DNA of 64,000 nucleotides. Source: the human T2T-CHM13v2.0 reference genome, Homo sapiens. This document shows, piece after piece, positions 42,360-57,412 of this stretch; the stretch's first letter is position 1; every line of letters starts with the position of its first letter. Under the pieces are notes generated by a model. It was not told where the DNA came from and did no database searches. It worked only from the letters and a program-made list of their open reading frames with translations. Location of the stretch: NCBI GenBank assembly GCA_009914755.4, contig CP068257.2, forward strand, positions 28,064,001 to 28,128,000. Reading direction: 5' to 3'. A program made the position numbers and the translations under genes.

Positions 42360-45258
42360 TATTAATTAACTGAAATCCTCACAACCACCCCATGAGGCAG
42401 CTCAGAAATCTTGTTCAGAGAAATAAGGAGGTGGGAATGGAGAGACTTCTGCCAGAGCAATGTCTTTGAAACTCTTCAGTGCCACATGCCAAAATCAAAC
42501 AGCAAACTGTCATCAAAGAGTATCTTTAACAATCTATTAGCCAATTCAATTAGTTACTCCTTTAATGTTTGATAGGAAAATATTTGAAAGTGCTCAACCT
42601 GCTAAAAGATTTGTTACATGGGAACCATGGTTACCAATCACAGGGGAGTCATTATACCCGTGACAAGGCACTGCAGACGACTCAGGGGGTTGAGAGGTTG
42701 GCCTTTTCTTTGCTAAGGGAGGGAAGGGCAATTCACCAAGTAGATAGCTGAAATATTCTACTTTCTCAAGAAGATAGATTTTAGGGAAGATGACTACGGA
42801 AGCTGAAGATGTAGAAACCAACTCCCTTAAACACCTTACTGCTCTTGTTTCTCTCAGAAAGCCTTTCTGTACTACCAGGGCGATGTGTACTCAATCCTCA
42901 GACACCTGGTTAATCCCAGTCTCTTCCATTGCCCCTTTGCCAGGGCCTTCTTGGAAGGCTTACTCAATGTTCCTCCAAACTATCCTTTCTGGTGCTTTTC
43001 TTGTCCTTAAGACAATTTGCAACCTTTTAAAACTTTGCTCTGCACAATTTAGGCAATTGAGTTCCTAGGACATTAAATGGCTCTCTCATGCCATGACTTG
43101 AAACTGGAGACCTGATTTTTATTATATTGATCAGCTCTTTTAATGATGTTCAATCATTGACAGGTTAATTTATGTTTTTTTTAAATTAGAACATCAATAC
43201 ATTTTTTTTGTCACTGCAAAACAGCAATCGTCACATTTTAAAAGGGAACAAACTGTGAGTAAATGTGGGTGATGGTGGGGGGCATTTCTGAAATCATTGT
43301 GAATGTAGCTGCTATTTAGTATCTTATCAGCCAAGAAGCAAATTTTTAAAAATTGCAATAAAGAAAACAGACTTTCCTGTTTCTACCTTTGGAATTCTAG
43401 AACCATTTCAAAATCATATTGATAAAAAATAACTTATTTAAATTTCAACAGCCTACATTCCTACTAGAAGACACATATTTCTTGAAGGATACATCTTGAT
43501 ATATGAATTTATATATAGAAGGTTTCAGAGCTTGCTGGTTGAATGATCTGTTGGAACATGACCATTTTTATTAAACTGCCATATTTTAAGTTATCCAACA
43601 GTTATGTTTATAGTGTAAAATCTCATTGGGGACTTTACATGTTTCCACAGGTCGAGTGGTAGAAAATTGATTGCCGTTGTTTCATTTGACAAATTCTTGG
43701 ATCTTTACATATTTTCTTGCATTTACTCATCACTAGGAAATGGACTGTTGTTACTTGCCAGGCCTTTGCTGAGAGAAGGAAACAGAGTCCTTTTGAAAGC
43801 TCTGGGTGATGTTTGTGAATATTTAATCATGGAGAAGGTACAATGGCCTCATTTACAGTGATACATCAAAATTAATTTCATGGTATTTTGTCAAGGAAAG
43901 ACTCTTAACCATATGCCTTCAAATAAAAATAAATTAGTTGCAAAACTCTGACAAGGAATTTATCTAATTCTGCAAAGTCTTTGGATGCAAGATTTCCTTA
44001 AACAAAAATAGAATCATTCATGCAAACATGATTGAGTTCAATTTATTTCTGTTGTTCAAAAGGAATCAGAAAAAAAAGCATTTCTGTCTTCTGATGCTTC
44101 CAAACTCAAACTGAGTGTCTTTAATTGAGTCTCATGTTTTTATTAGAAATACATTAAATGCAAAATTAAGTAGAAAGAGAGAGAACCACACAAACATAGA
44201 AGGATGTTAAATACTTGGATTGGAGACAAAGTGAGCAGATCCTTCAAGTACAACATCCATTTCCTGGACCCAGAACAACACTGTATATTACTGAGTCACT
44301 CAACCCATCTTTAAAGGCAATCTCAGAGAAAAGAGCCTAGCTCCGTCTGAACTCACGGAACATTAATCAATGCTGAATAATAAACCTCACTGCGTGGTTC
44401 AGTAAACATATGGACTAAAAGTGGTTTCATGGATGAATTTCTTGTACACATTTTATTTTTTGCCATGTGATGTTTTAAAATCATGTATACAGTCAAATTT
44501 ATCAGTTTTTGAAATTGTACTTGGATTTTCTTGAACTTAGATTCTAAAGAAATTTACTCACGGTTTCTTCTAGTACTTGTATGGTTTCATGTTTTGCACA
44601 TTTGGAGTGTATTTTATGAACATAGTGAATCTGAGGTTACATTTTTCCAAATAGCTATCCAGTTTCCTCCACACCATTTATTAAAAAGAACATTTTTTTC
44701 TCATTGCTTTGAGATGGCACCTTAATTGCTTCTAAATTTCCACAAACAGGCTTGAGTCTGTTTCTGCGTATTCTATGCTGTTTCTCTGGTATGTCTGTCT
44801 AGGTATGCTCTAGTATCACTGTTTTAATTATAGAGCCTTTACAGGATGGTTTCACGCTGGATGGGGCTAGTCCCTTCCTCACTTCTTTTTTTTTTTCAAG
44901 GTGTTCTTAGATATTTCTGCATGTTTCTTTAGGAGGATTCAATCATAGGGGTAAAGTATCAGAATTTCTGTACCTAACTCCCAAATAAATACATGTAAAT
45001 GTATACATACAGAGAGAGATGAAGCAAATGTGGCAGAATGGTGTCAAGTGATGGCTCACTGAAGGGCATATGGGTGTTTATAGAATTCTTGCAACTTTTC
45101 TCATGCTTTAAAAAATTTCAAAATAAAATGTTGGGAGAAAATCAAAGAAAAAAGTTGGAGAGAAGTTAAAGTGGTTACCATTTATGCTTTGGAAGAGGGT
45201 GGACAGACATGGGAGTGGGAAAGTGGCTCTTCAGCGTGTACTTTAAAATAATATTTAG

Positions 45259-45576
<318 letters not shown>

Positions 45577-45752
45577 TTATTTTGAGCAATCTAAATGTAT
45601 CAGTGATTCAAAGGAAAACATAAATCAAGTGAAAATTAATATAATTACCTCAAAATATGGAAGCTATGAAATGAATTTCAGGCTAATATCAAATTTGGCC
45701 AGTGTTAGAATTGGGAAATTTAAACGGTGTCATAAAATTCTTGAGGAATAAC

Positions 45753-45942
45753 ACACACTGGGACCTTTCACTGGACAGAGGGTGGTAGAAGGGAGAAGAT
45801 CAAGAAGAATAACTAATGGGTACTAGGCTTACCACCTGGGTGATGAAATAATCTGTACAACAAACCCCCATGACACAAGTTTACCTATGTAATCAACCTG
45901 CACTTGTACCCCTGAACTTAAAATAGAAGTTAAAAAAATAGA
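45753..45942 (+). mobile_element. L1 (LINE-1) extreme 3'-end fragment with short A-tail
   Basis: 'cacacactgggacctttcactggacagagggtggtagaagggagaagatcaagaagaataactaatgggtactaggcttaccacctgggtgatgaaataatctgtacaacaaacccccatgacacaagtttacctatgtaatcaacctgcacttgtacccctgaacttaaaatagaagttaaaaaaat' matches the L1 3' UTR end, as at 3846-4152. Confidence 0.85.
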
Positions 45943-46627
45943 AATTCGTGTACATAAGTTATAAGTTATAAAAATAAAATTCTTGAGGATGGATGAGCCA
46001 AGGGAGTTCTTCTGGGGGTCTGCCTCTTCCTGGTCCAGGGACCTACTGGTTGAGAGGAGCTGGGAGCCAGGTGGCATCTCACTCCCAGAGGAGGCATCCC
46101 TGGAAACTTAGAAAACTTTTTCATCTAGAGATGACAATTCTGACTCCTTTTCCCACTTTCATCCTTCTCTTTCCCACTCTCTAGAGATTTCTGTATTTAT
46201 TAAAGGCCAACCAACTTCCATCAGGTGGAGTCCTGTGTACCATGTGTCCTTGTGGTGGAGTTGACGCATGCATATGCACATTTGCACACCTCCAACATCA
46301 CTTCTGTCTTTGTTCCACTTTTCAAAGCAGACATTCTGAGGAGAGGGGGCAAGAAATCCTTCCTAGTTGTCAAGCTAGCTGGCACTACTGCTCTCTCTCA
46401 GCTAGGTTTTTTTTTTTTTTTCCTCCCTGGAATTCTATTGTCTTGCTTCTTATTCTTCATCTGATTACAGCTCTCCTTCATTCAGGTCTCAGGATAGACT
46501 TCACTTGTTCTGAAAATTTGGTCTATATTTTTCAAGATCTTGTTATCTGTTCTTTCCATGTACTCCTATAGTCCTTGGGATAAGGACAGCATAGGACATT
46601 TTGTGGTGTGTTGTAATTACCTAATGA

Positions 46628-46780
46628 TGCCTAACATTTACTGAGCACTCACTATATGCTCAGGGCTTAAATGTACTATTTGATTTCCACATCAATCCCA
46701 TGAGGTAGGAGACACTTTGACCTGTATTTTACAGAAGAGGAAAGTCGGCTTAGAGAAACGTAGTCACTTGTTGTGACGGG
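46628..46780 (-). mobile_element. MIR SINE fragment (antisense)
   Basis: 'taacatttactgagcactcactatatgctcagggcttaaatgtactatttgatttccacatcaatcccatgaggtaggagacactttgacctgtattttacagaagaggaaagtcggcttagagaaacgtagtcacttg' matches the reverse complement of the MIR consensus ('taacatttattgagcgcttactatgtgccaggcactgttctaagcgctttacatgtattaactcatttaatcctcacaacaaccctatgaggtagg...ccccattttacagatgaggaaactgaggcacagagagg'). Confidence 0.65.
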
Positions 46781-47666
46781 CAGTCTTTAGGGTGGCCTCC
46801 AATGATCCCCACCTTCTGGCATTCACAGTCTTGTGTAGTCCCCTTCCCTTGAAAGTGGGGCTAGTAACTTTCTCCTAGACAACAGAATACAGAGAAAGTG
46901 GTTAAATGTCACTTCTGTGATTTGATTATAGAGGACTGTGACATGTATCTTGGTGGCAGAGTCTCTCTAATGCTTTCTGAGCTTGTACCCTTTGATAAAA
47001 CAAGAGAGTATGTTGGAAAGGCTCATATGGCAAGGGACTGGGGGTGCCCTCTGGCTAACTGCAACCGAGATCCTCAGTCCAACGATCCTCAAGACTTGAA
47101 TACTGTCAACAACTGCACGAGTAAACTCAGAAGTAGATGCCTCTGCTGTTGAAACTGCAGATGAGACTTTACTCTTGTGTATGATTGTAGCTTTGTGAGA
47201 GACCTCAAGAAAGAGGGCTCAGTTAAGCTATGCCCAGATTCCTCACTCAGAAACTGTGAGATAATAAATTTGTGTTGTATTAAGCTGCTGCATTTTGGAG
47301 AAAAGGCAGATAACTTTGGGTAACTGATAGATAACTTAGCAATAGATTGCTAGCAATAGACAACTAATACACTTGACTTAGATCCCACAGGTAGAAAGAG
47401 TACAGGGTTAAAATCCAGGGCCTCTGATTCCCTCAATGAATACTTATGTCATGCTGCCTGGTTACTTACCAATTATTATTATTATTTTCATTTCAAACTT
47501 GTTCTGACTTTAATTCCTGGCATTTAGCCTGAATCTGGTATTTTGTGCGTCCTTGACAGTTATGAAATGAAAAGTGGGTCCAGGAAACACAAAATATTGT
47601 ATGGTAAATTAGCCAATCAAAGCAACATTTTTAAACTTTGTATTTCTTAAAATTGAGAAAAGAGAG

Positions 47667-48045
<379 letters not shown>

Positions 48046-49393
48046 TTAGGTTGCATGGTTAATTTTAACATCTCTCTACACTAGAACATGGATTGGGTAC
48101 CACACTTGGGCCCTGATTTGAAATTAATTACTTTATCAAACATTTGTTAAACAACTTTGAAATTTCTGCCTATGTGCCAAGCCCTTGAAACACAAAGCTG
48201 GGTAAAACAGTGTAAGGGCAAGGACAAATACAGATAGTGACATCATTGCATGATCTGATAAGTGATTTAATCACAATTTGAACAAAGAACTGTGGGAATA
48301 AAATACAGAGGATAACCTTCCTTCAGTGGTCTCCCTGTTTCTTTCTCTCTCATTTTCTCTGTCTACACACATGTGCACACTAACACATGTATTGATATCA
48401 TTCCGGCTAATTCAGAAAATCATAAATGTTCACTCAAGAGAGTTAAGATTTTACTCAATGATTGTAATTGTAAAGTGACTATGAGAAAAAGTTCAAGTGA
48501 AAGGACTTGGCTGATCTGAAGTAGGGTGTTATCAATTTTAATGAATCATTGAGCAACAGGTTTAGAGAGGACATTAAAAGAGATGACACACAAATATAAA
48601 CCAGAGAATTGCCAATTGAAGGGAACAACCAGAAATGCAATTTAAAGTGGTGTTCTTTTGATGTTCAAAGTAACTTTTGGTGATTTTTACACACAGAGAA
48701 AAAGAAAACATTTTTTCCCTACTCAAGGTACTGCCATACAAAATAATCAAAAGGAAAAAGTATCACTTTTAGGTAGCCATTTTCTACACCTCAATCAGAT
48801 TAAAGGTCTATTTTTCATCGGTTTACTTAGAGTGAATTTGCACTGCTGCATGGTGTTGTTAGTCTTTGTTGGATACCATAAGGTGTCTCCCAAGAACTTA
48901 GGAATAATGAAAATAAAATTGTTCCCTGAGAGCTAAACTATGAGCCAAACAAATAATAAATAAAAGTAGAGAATCACAGTTACCTTAAATAGACAAAAGA
49001 GCTCCCAGGACTGCAAGACTTGATTGTAACCTGCCTGAATGTATTAGAGTACTAAGAAAGAATATAGTCTCAACTGATGTCTGCACAGCCATGGGAAGAT
49101 AAGGGAAAAGAAAGTCTCAGAGCAATATGGGCATGCCATTTATGCATGGTCCTGGCTAGGGAGTAAGAGCATCCTTTTGAGTAGGATATGTCTAGCTCTT
49201 ACACATCAGATTAATCTCCCAAATCCTTGTTGTGTTCTCTTTACATGATCAGGAAGGAAATCTCCAATTGTGATCTGGCTTCCTGCAGGGGTTAAGGTAA
49301 ACAAGGCAGACCCTGAGAAGAGGCGAAGGCAGAAAGTATCAGTTGGTTGAAGAAAGATAGTATCAGTTTGTTGAAGAAAGAATAGAAAGCATG

Positions 49394-49750
<357 letters not shown>

Positions 49751-52041
49751 TTAATGTCAGTCTTTTTAAAGTCACAATTTACAGCAACCTTTTTCTCCCT
49801 TAGAATTTAAACATGCTTAATCCCCTTTCATCTCAAACAATAAAATAAAAGAGACATGCCACCTCCACTTTTTCCAACACCCCTTTCCTGAGTTCCAGCT
49901 AACACTGTGAAAGCAAGGTGTATGTTTCTTAAGTATTCATTTAAGTTCTTGGGTTTATTTACATATTGTTTCTCCCTGGCATTAATCAGAGTATTGTTTG
50001 AATTTTCCAACGGTATTTCAGTTACACTCTGTTGATTCAAAAGAAGGTTGTTTGTCCAAGCTTGTCCAAGTCAGTTTCAAGAGGCTCAGCCACCAAAAGT
50101 TTCATCAAAGAGGAAGCCAAGGTCATCAGTAAAGCCTCACGAGAGGTAGGATCACAGGGGTGAAGTGGACACTCACGGGTCCTGCCATCCTTGGCATCAG
50201 GAAAGTCTCCATTCTGGACCACCTTTGTCTGTCTGAACAATTCCTCTCAGATTTTAGAGTCTGGAAATTTCCTGAGTAGCTTAAGAGAAGATAAGAGTCA
50301 AAGTTTCCAAACTGTAGAAATAACCCAAATGCATGGCTCCTTTTATTTCCACAAATTTGGCCAGAGACACGACAATTTGGGCAACTTTGTGCAATGTTTT
50401 ACATTTAATGATTTTTATGACCCAAACTCTGCTAGGCAGAATAGTATAAGCATTTGTAATCCGTACTGAAATAATCCATCTGGCATAAAATCCAAATTTC
50501 AAAATTGGATGAGATTGTGTGTTCTGGGCCTACCAAGATAGTTATTACACACATGAGAACTCAAAATACTAAAGCTACTGGTAGAAACAATTGCTCTTCT
50601 CCTTGCTGTAAACATGAAAGTGAGAAGCAGCAAAGAACGATCAACAAATTAACACCCTTTTCATATTTTTTGTGACAGCTACCTGGAACGGGCAGGAAAG
50701 AAAAATGCAGATAAGAAAATTAAAACCACAGACTCCTGGGCAGCGAACAAGAGCCTTCTGATCCTAATTCGATCTGGAGTTAAGAATGAAGGGGATTTCT
50801 GTAGCAGTTTCTTTTGCATAGCAGAGCTCCGACTTTTCCAGCAACAGCGTGTCCCTGGAAGCTACACAAAGTCCTCTTTGATTGCCTGTGATCAAAGCCA
50901 CGAAGGCTCTCCTGCAACATCTTAGCTTCAGAAAGCCAGGAAAATCAGAATGCTGAGAGTATATTAATAATTCCTAAACATATTTTTAAGGTGAGTGGTA
51001 CTTCTAACAGAGCTTCATTATTACTAAAAATGATTTGTTTCTGACTTTCCTGTTGGGGAAAAAGTTAGCCTTAACTTTCTGATGAGCAAGTTGCATGTTA
51101 CAGTGGATATTGAACAATATAGTCAGTTGTTTTACTCAGAATTTATGCAGCTGATCACATAGGGACAGGACTGGATGATAGAAAGCTCACTAGACTGGAA
51201 GTCAGGAGAATCAGCTTTGTCACCGATCTAACGTAGCATAGTGGACGTGTCTAATAGCCTTGGCCTCAGCATCTCCATCTGTGAAATGGGCTGAAGGGCT
51301 TGAGCTCTCTGTTACTTCTTTGGGATGTGGTAGTTAAGAAGGCTCCCATTGGATTCCACATACCCTTGTTTATAGCCATGGCTGAATCTTCACAAGACTG
51401 CCAAATCCCAAGCTGCCTCCTCTTCTGTACCATTTCTGCCACATTTGGGTCTTTATCAGCAGGAGAGTGCAGACACTTTAATGTGAATTCATGTGCAGCA
51501 TTTGACCGAGGATTATTTCTACTTTTTAAAAGGCAGCAAGCAAAAACATGCAACTTGATATATGGGGGTGGGAAGGATCATATTTTAAAGTCAGAAGAAC
51601 TGCTTATATATTTCAACTATAAAATTTATTATCTGTGTGAATTTCATTAAATTATTTAACTCCTCTGAGTCTCAATTTCTTATCTGTATAATAAAACCTA
51701 GTCCGCATATTGCAATGAAGTTAAAAAGACAGTCTGTTTATGAAAAGTGTAAATTTCTATTTAATATCAAAAGTACGTAATCTAAATTGTGAAGTCTTTA
51801 TTATTTTTACTATTTATTTTTATTTATTTATATATTTCATGAATATTAGTAGTAGTTGTTATAGAAGAGTATTAGTAGTATTAGTTGTAGGGACAAGAAC
51901 CAACAAACTATTTTTTTAATGATGGCATTTCATATACAATGAGGAATCAGGGTAGAAGAATTAATTGAGGAGAGGGAAGCATCTTTTTGCGGCAATTAAA
52001 ATATGTACAATCATACCTAAACTAGTCACCCTATTTTTAGT

Positions 52042-52136
52042 TCCTTCTCTCCCTTCCTTCTCTCCCTCCCTTCCTTCCCTTCCTCCCTCCCTCCCTCCCT
52101 CCCTCCCTCCCTCATTCCTTTATTCCTTCCTTCCTT
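52042..52136. repeat. (TCCC/TTCC)n polypyrimidine microsatellite, not attached to an Alu
   Basis: Direct read of 'tccttctctcccttccttctctccctcccttccttcccttcctccctccctccctccctccctccctccctcattcctttattccttccttcc'. Confidence 0.97.
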
Positions 52137-52680
52137 GCTGTCTTGCTTTCTTTCTGAATATGTACCTACTCTACATTTGCCAACTCCAACTCTGGATGCA
52201 TTCTAAAGGAAAGACAAGCCAACCACAGGGTAGAAACATCACCCTGAGCCAGAGCTCTGGGTCAACAGTGACGACAGGAGGCATCTGGTAGGGAGAAAAG
52301 ATGTAGCAATTTTACCTGGAACTACAAAGATTTGAGACTCAGAATCACGCTGACATTTGGGGACCTAGCAGGGGTGTATAGACAAAATGTGGCACCACAT
52401 TTGTCTTGAACTACTGATTGCTGAGGCAGATTTTCTTGTAAAGGTAGGACGCCAAGCAGTATGGTCCAATCTCTCCTTGATTTTCTGATGAGGGTCAATA
52501 GAGGAGAGAAGGAGAGAGAAGAATTGAGAGAAGCAAAATTTGGAGACTGTTGAAGAGTCAGGCTCTCTTATAGATTCTCAGAAGAAAAAAGAAAACCTGT
52601 GATACTGATATATCAAATAAGAGAGGTTTGATATATTATTAGATATCAAATTGATGTATCTAATAAGATAGGTTTGATAT

Positions 52681-53078
52681 TTTCACTCTCGTCCGTGTGA
52701 AGAGACCACCAAACAGGCTTTGTGTGAGCAATAAAGCTTTTTAATCACCTGGGTGCAGGCGGACTGAGTCCGAAAAGAGTCAGCGAAGGGAGATAGGGGT
52801 GGGGCCGTTTTATAAGATTTGGGTGGATAGTGGAAAATTACAGTCAAAGGGGGTTGTTCGCTGGCAGGCAGGGACAGGGGTCACAAGGTGCTCAGTCGGG
52901 GACCTTTTGAGCCAGGATGAGCCAGGAGAAGGAATTTCACAAGGTAATGTCATCAGCTAAGGCATGGACCAGCCATTTTCACTTCTTTTGTGATTCTTCA
53001 GTTACTTCAGGCCATCTGGATGTATACGTGCAGGTCACAGGGGATATGATGGCTTAGCTTGGGCTCAGAGGCCTGACA
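52681..53078 (-). mobile_element. Solo LTR7 (HERV-H long terminal repeat), antisense
   Basis: The reverse complement of 'gcttgggctcagaggcctgaca' gives the LTR7 start 'tgtcaggcctctgagcccaagc'. The internal text 'ccatcatatcccctgtgacctgcacgtatacatccagatggcctgaagtaactgaagaatcacaaaagaagtgaaaatggc...ataaaacggccccacccctatctcccttcgctgactcttttcggactcagtccgcctgcacccaggtgattaaaaagctttattgctcacacaaagcctgtttggtggtctcttcacacggacgagagtgaaa' matches the LTR7 consensus almost end to end. No HERV-H internal sequence adjoins it, so it is a solo LTR. Confidence 0.85.
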
Positions 53079-54392
53079 GATACAACATTTGATTATATTT
53101 GATATATCTTATTTGATATACCTAATAAGATATATCAAATAAGATAGATAGGTTTTAAATAAGATTAGTTGGCAAGAAAGCTGCCTCACACCACCCCTAC
53201 TGCAGCCTTTTGCACATTTCTGTCCTTAGCTTACCTCCCTTTCATCTGGTAATAATGGTGGCACTGGACCTTTTTTCCAGATCACCTTCCTTTAGCTGCC
53301 TCTTGGTCCACTTTTCCCCTTCAAGGTTGCTCTTGCTGCTAAAGGTTTACCATGACTTTATTTCTGTGGATGGGAATGGGGAGTGAGCGTGTGTTATTAT
53401 GGAGCCATCTCTTAATGATGTAGTCCTGGGCCCAGGGAGAACTTGCAATTGCATGCTCCATAAGTCCTTCTTTATTTCTTCCATGCACACAGCAGCTTTG
53501 CTAATGCCTCTCAGCCTGACACACCCAGTCAATCTGTTACACTCAAGATGGTTTTTACTACAATGGGAGGGAATCTGCATATGTCCTGGTGGGTACTGGT
53601 ACATCTGATTTTTACATAGGTTGCAAGTAATCTGACCAGTTTGTTAATGACCTTCTAATGTACATTTGCATTATGATTGTTCCCATTATTTGCCATTCCA
53701 ATTCCACTTACGGGGGTTTTCTTTCGAGACGCTAGCTGTCTTTCCTACCTGCCTGTAACACATTCACAAAGTTAATGAGGACATGTGCGCATGGCAGTGG
53801 GTGTCACCATTTTAATTGCTTCCAAATATGGTTAGCATATGTTGTCTCAGTATAGAAAATCTGAATTAAAATGCTAAGCCTTTTTAGTACTGGCAAGAGA
53901 TAATAGTCTCTAGAGCTAGGGCTCTTCTGAGAAATTCATGACGTCTCCAAAGTTTCCCTCTGGTTCAAGAAGATGCTGGTTTTTCTGAAACAGCTCTTAT
54001 ATACTTTTGATCTCCTTGGACTTTTAACGCTTCTGTAGATAGTGATTTGGTAACTTCCATGAGATAAGGTCAGAGCTAGAATGGGCTGGGACTTGCTTTC
54101 ATTAGTATGTGTCTAAGCACTTGGTCCAGGAATGATATCCTTAACAGTAGCTTTCCTGTTCAGTCACTTCCCCCTAATTTAACTATAAGAACAAGGAACT
54201 TAATTTTGTTGAGGTCTTACAAAAAATTGTATTCTTTGATTATATGCTGTGAGCATGAAGGATGTGTGAAAATACTCAAAAGAGAACGTCTGCTTCTTCT
54301 TTGCAAGAAGCTTACTATTTCTTGGATGAGACCAAATGGCCAGAAAAAGGAGCTTAACAATATTGTACAAAGTAAATTCAAAGAAAAAATAT

Positions 54393-54789
<397 letters not shown>

Positions 54790-56786
54790 TTAGAAATGCT
54801 GGACAAGTTCAGATTTGATATGACAGGCTGCTCTAGTTCCTATTTGGAGAACCTGAAAAATAATATGCACAGCACCCTATGCTCTTGTCAGATGATATCA
54901 TGCCAGAGGCAAGAGCTCTTTTTCTGGTGAGTGCATGCATGCATGTGTGTGTGTTTTGAGTTTGCAAGCTGTCTTACTTCATCCATGTTTAGTGGAAAAG
55001 AATATTGGCCCACTGTGTAATAACAATTATTAATAGTTAATAACAATTTTATAAAATAAATTATCTAGTGCGATGAAACAAAGGATAGTCTCTTCTTCAT
55101 GTATAATAAAATATAATTTGATTGAGAAACAAACCCTTCATCTGCATTGTACAAATAGGTGAGAGGTAATTAATGGGAAGATTTTCTTTTTCTCTCTGGG
55201 AAAATGAATCACATACTTGGCTTCCTTGGCTGCCTGTCAAGAAAACAACTCTCCACACGCTGAAATATCTTAGAGGCAAATTGGATGCTCAAGACAGAAG
55301 CCTGTGACAGAATCAATGTTGGACTCTCCGCAGATGGGGCCAGTGTAGCAAAGCCCTCTGGCATAGATGGGCTTCATATTACTGTTAGCTACCATAAAAT
55401 TGTCCCTGTGAAACCACAGAAAATTTTACCAACTCCCTTTAGGGCAAGAAAGAGAAATGGGAACAAGAAACAGAAAACAAATCACTCACTCTGTTCTAGA
55501 GTATAAAAGCAGATACTGGCAGGCTATTTTTAAAAGTTACCTTTAAAATCATCCCTTTGCTTTATTAAAGAAAGCAGTCTTTGATTTCATGTACAGGTGT
55601 ATGAAATATTTTTAGGTAAACAGTATGAAGATCTAAGGGAAAAGTCTGTGTGCCTCAGAAGAGGTAATGGTGTGTGCAATTGGATTATTGGATGTTCTGT
55701 GCCCTTGTATAATATATATATAATATATAGTTATGTAGATCATATGTACGTTGAGCAAAACTACCTGGATCTGAACATATGGAAATCTCTATGATCCAGT
55801 AAGAGGTATTGGGATCCTTTTTCTTAAGGAGAAAAATCCTTCAAAGTTAGGTATCCTTTACTAGGCAGGCAGACTCATTACCAAAACTGCAGTATGCGGA
55901 CCAGTCTTGGGTGTTTGAAACTTGGCTTTGATACGGTGACAACTCTGTGTGTAAATTACTCTGCATAGTAAAATATTCTAACCTCTCCTGCATAGTAAAA
56001 TACCAATCAGCAATGAAGACAGATTACAGCTGGAACAAATGCAGTTAGTGAACTTGGATTTTTCCATACTAATGAAGTTAAACAGAAAAATAAATAAATA
56101 CAACAATAGGAAAGTCCAAAATAACTCATGTGTGGGTGGCTTTATGTACTTGGAGATCGATGCTTACACATATGCGTCATGCCTACAAAGACTGAGGTCC
56201 CAAGCAGGAGATCAAGAATATGGAAGGAAAAACTAAACTTCCTATAGAAAATGCATGTAAAACAGGTTTTAGAGCCAAATAATCACGTGTTCAAATCCTG
56301 GTTCCTACTATTTAGTTGAGTTACACAGTATTTCAGATCATGAAAGCATAATTTCCTCACTTACGAAATGAGGAGTAATCCTCGCCCTGGGATTTCTGTG
56401 AGGAATAAATACAAAATCACACATCTGACACAGAGGGGTGTGATTGTCATTTCAATGTGTCAACTTGACCAGGCGACAGTACCCAGTCATTCAATTAAGC
56501 ACTAACCTGGGTGTTGCTGGCAAGGTATTTTGTAGACCTTGTTAGCATCTGCAATCTGTTCACTTTCAGTAAAGCAGATTATTTTCCATAATCTGGGTGG
56601 GCCTGATTCAACCAGTTGAAAGGATGTAAAGGTAGAACTGAGGTTTACCTGGGGGACAGGAAATTCTCCCTGTGGACTGCAGCATCAGCTTCAGCCTGGG
56701 AGTCTCCATTCTCTCTTTTTTAATGGCCTGCCCTATCGATTTCAGACTTATCTAGTCTCCACAGTCATGTAGGCCAATTCTTTGTA

Positions 56787-56848
56787 CTCTATCTATATAT
56801 CTAAATCTATCTAGCTAGCTACCTAGCTAGCTATTATCTATCTATCTT
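56787..56848. repeat. (CTAT)n/(TAGC)n compound tetranucleotide repeat
   Basis: Direct read of 'ctctatctatatatctaaatctatctagctagctacctagctagctattatctatctatc'. Confidence 0.92.
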
Positions 56849-57227
56849 GGTTATATGTTTCTTTCATGGAATGCTGACTAATACAAGTAAGAATCTTAAA
56901 ATGTTATTTTCTGTATAATCCAAATTTGAGGGTTCATATTTGAATACACAAATTCTATATTTCTATCAGATTGTAGTGATGGATAAAAACAAATATTTGT
57001 CTTCTGCTCACCTCCTTTAAACTAGAGGAGAAAGAAAGTGTGCCTGGAAGTTCTCAAGTCTTTTCCTGTTAGTATATTAATATGGATTCATTTATTTGAA
57101 GCATGATCATCCCACACTTAGAAAGCCTAGCCTTGAGGAAATCAGGCATAAGGCAGATTAATTGCCCTGGCTGAAAAGGGAAAGGGAGAACTTAGGGATG
57201 AGAACATCAGCATCAACATCAACATGG

Positions 57228-57412
57228 AACACCATTTATCATGTGCCAGGCACTGTTCTTAATAGTTAACTAACAGGCATTCACTTATTTCATCTTCATG
57301 GTAACCCTAACAGGTGAATACCACTATCATTCTCACATTCCAGGTGGGGGATCTGAGGCATGAGGTTTAAATTGCTTGTCCTGGAATGTGGTAAAGTCAT
57401 AGCGGCCACCGC
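57228..57412 (-). mobile_element. MIR SINE (antisense)
   Basis: 'ccatttatcatgtgccaggcactgttcttaatagttaactaacaggcattcacttatttcatcttcatggtaaccctaacaggtgaataccactatcattctcacattccaggtgggggatctgaggcatgaggtttaaattgcttgtcctggaatgtggtaaagtcatagcgg' tracks the reverse complement of the MIR consensus over ~180 bp. Confidence 0.7.
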
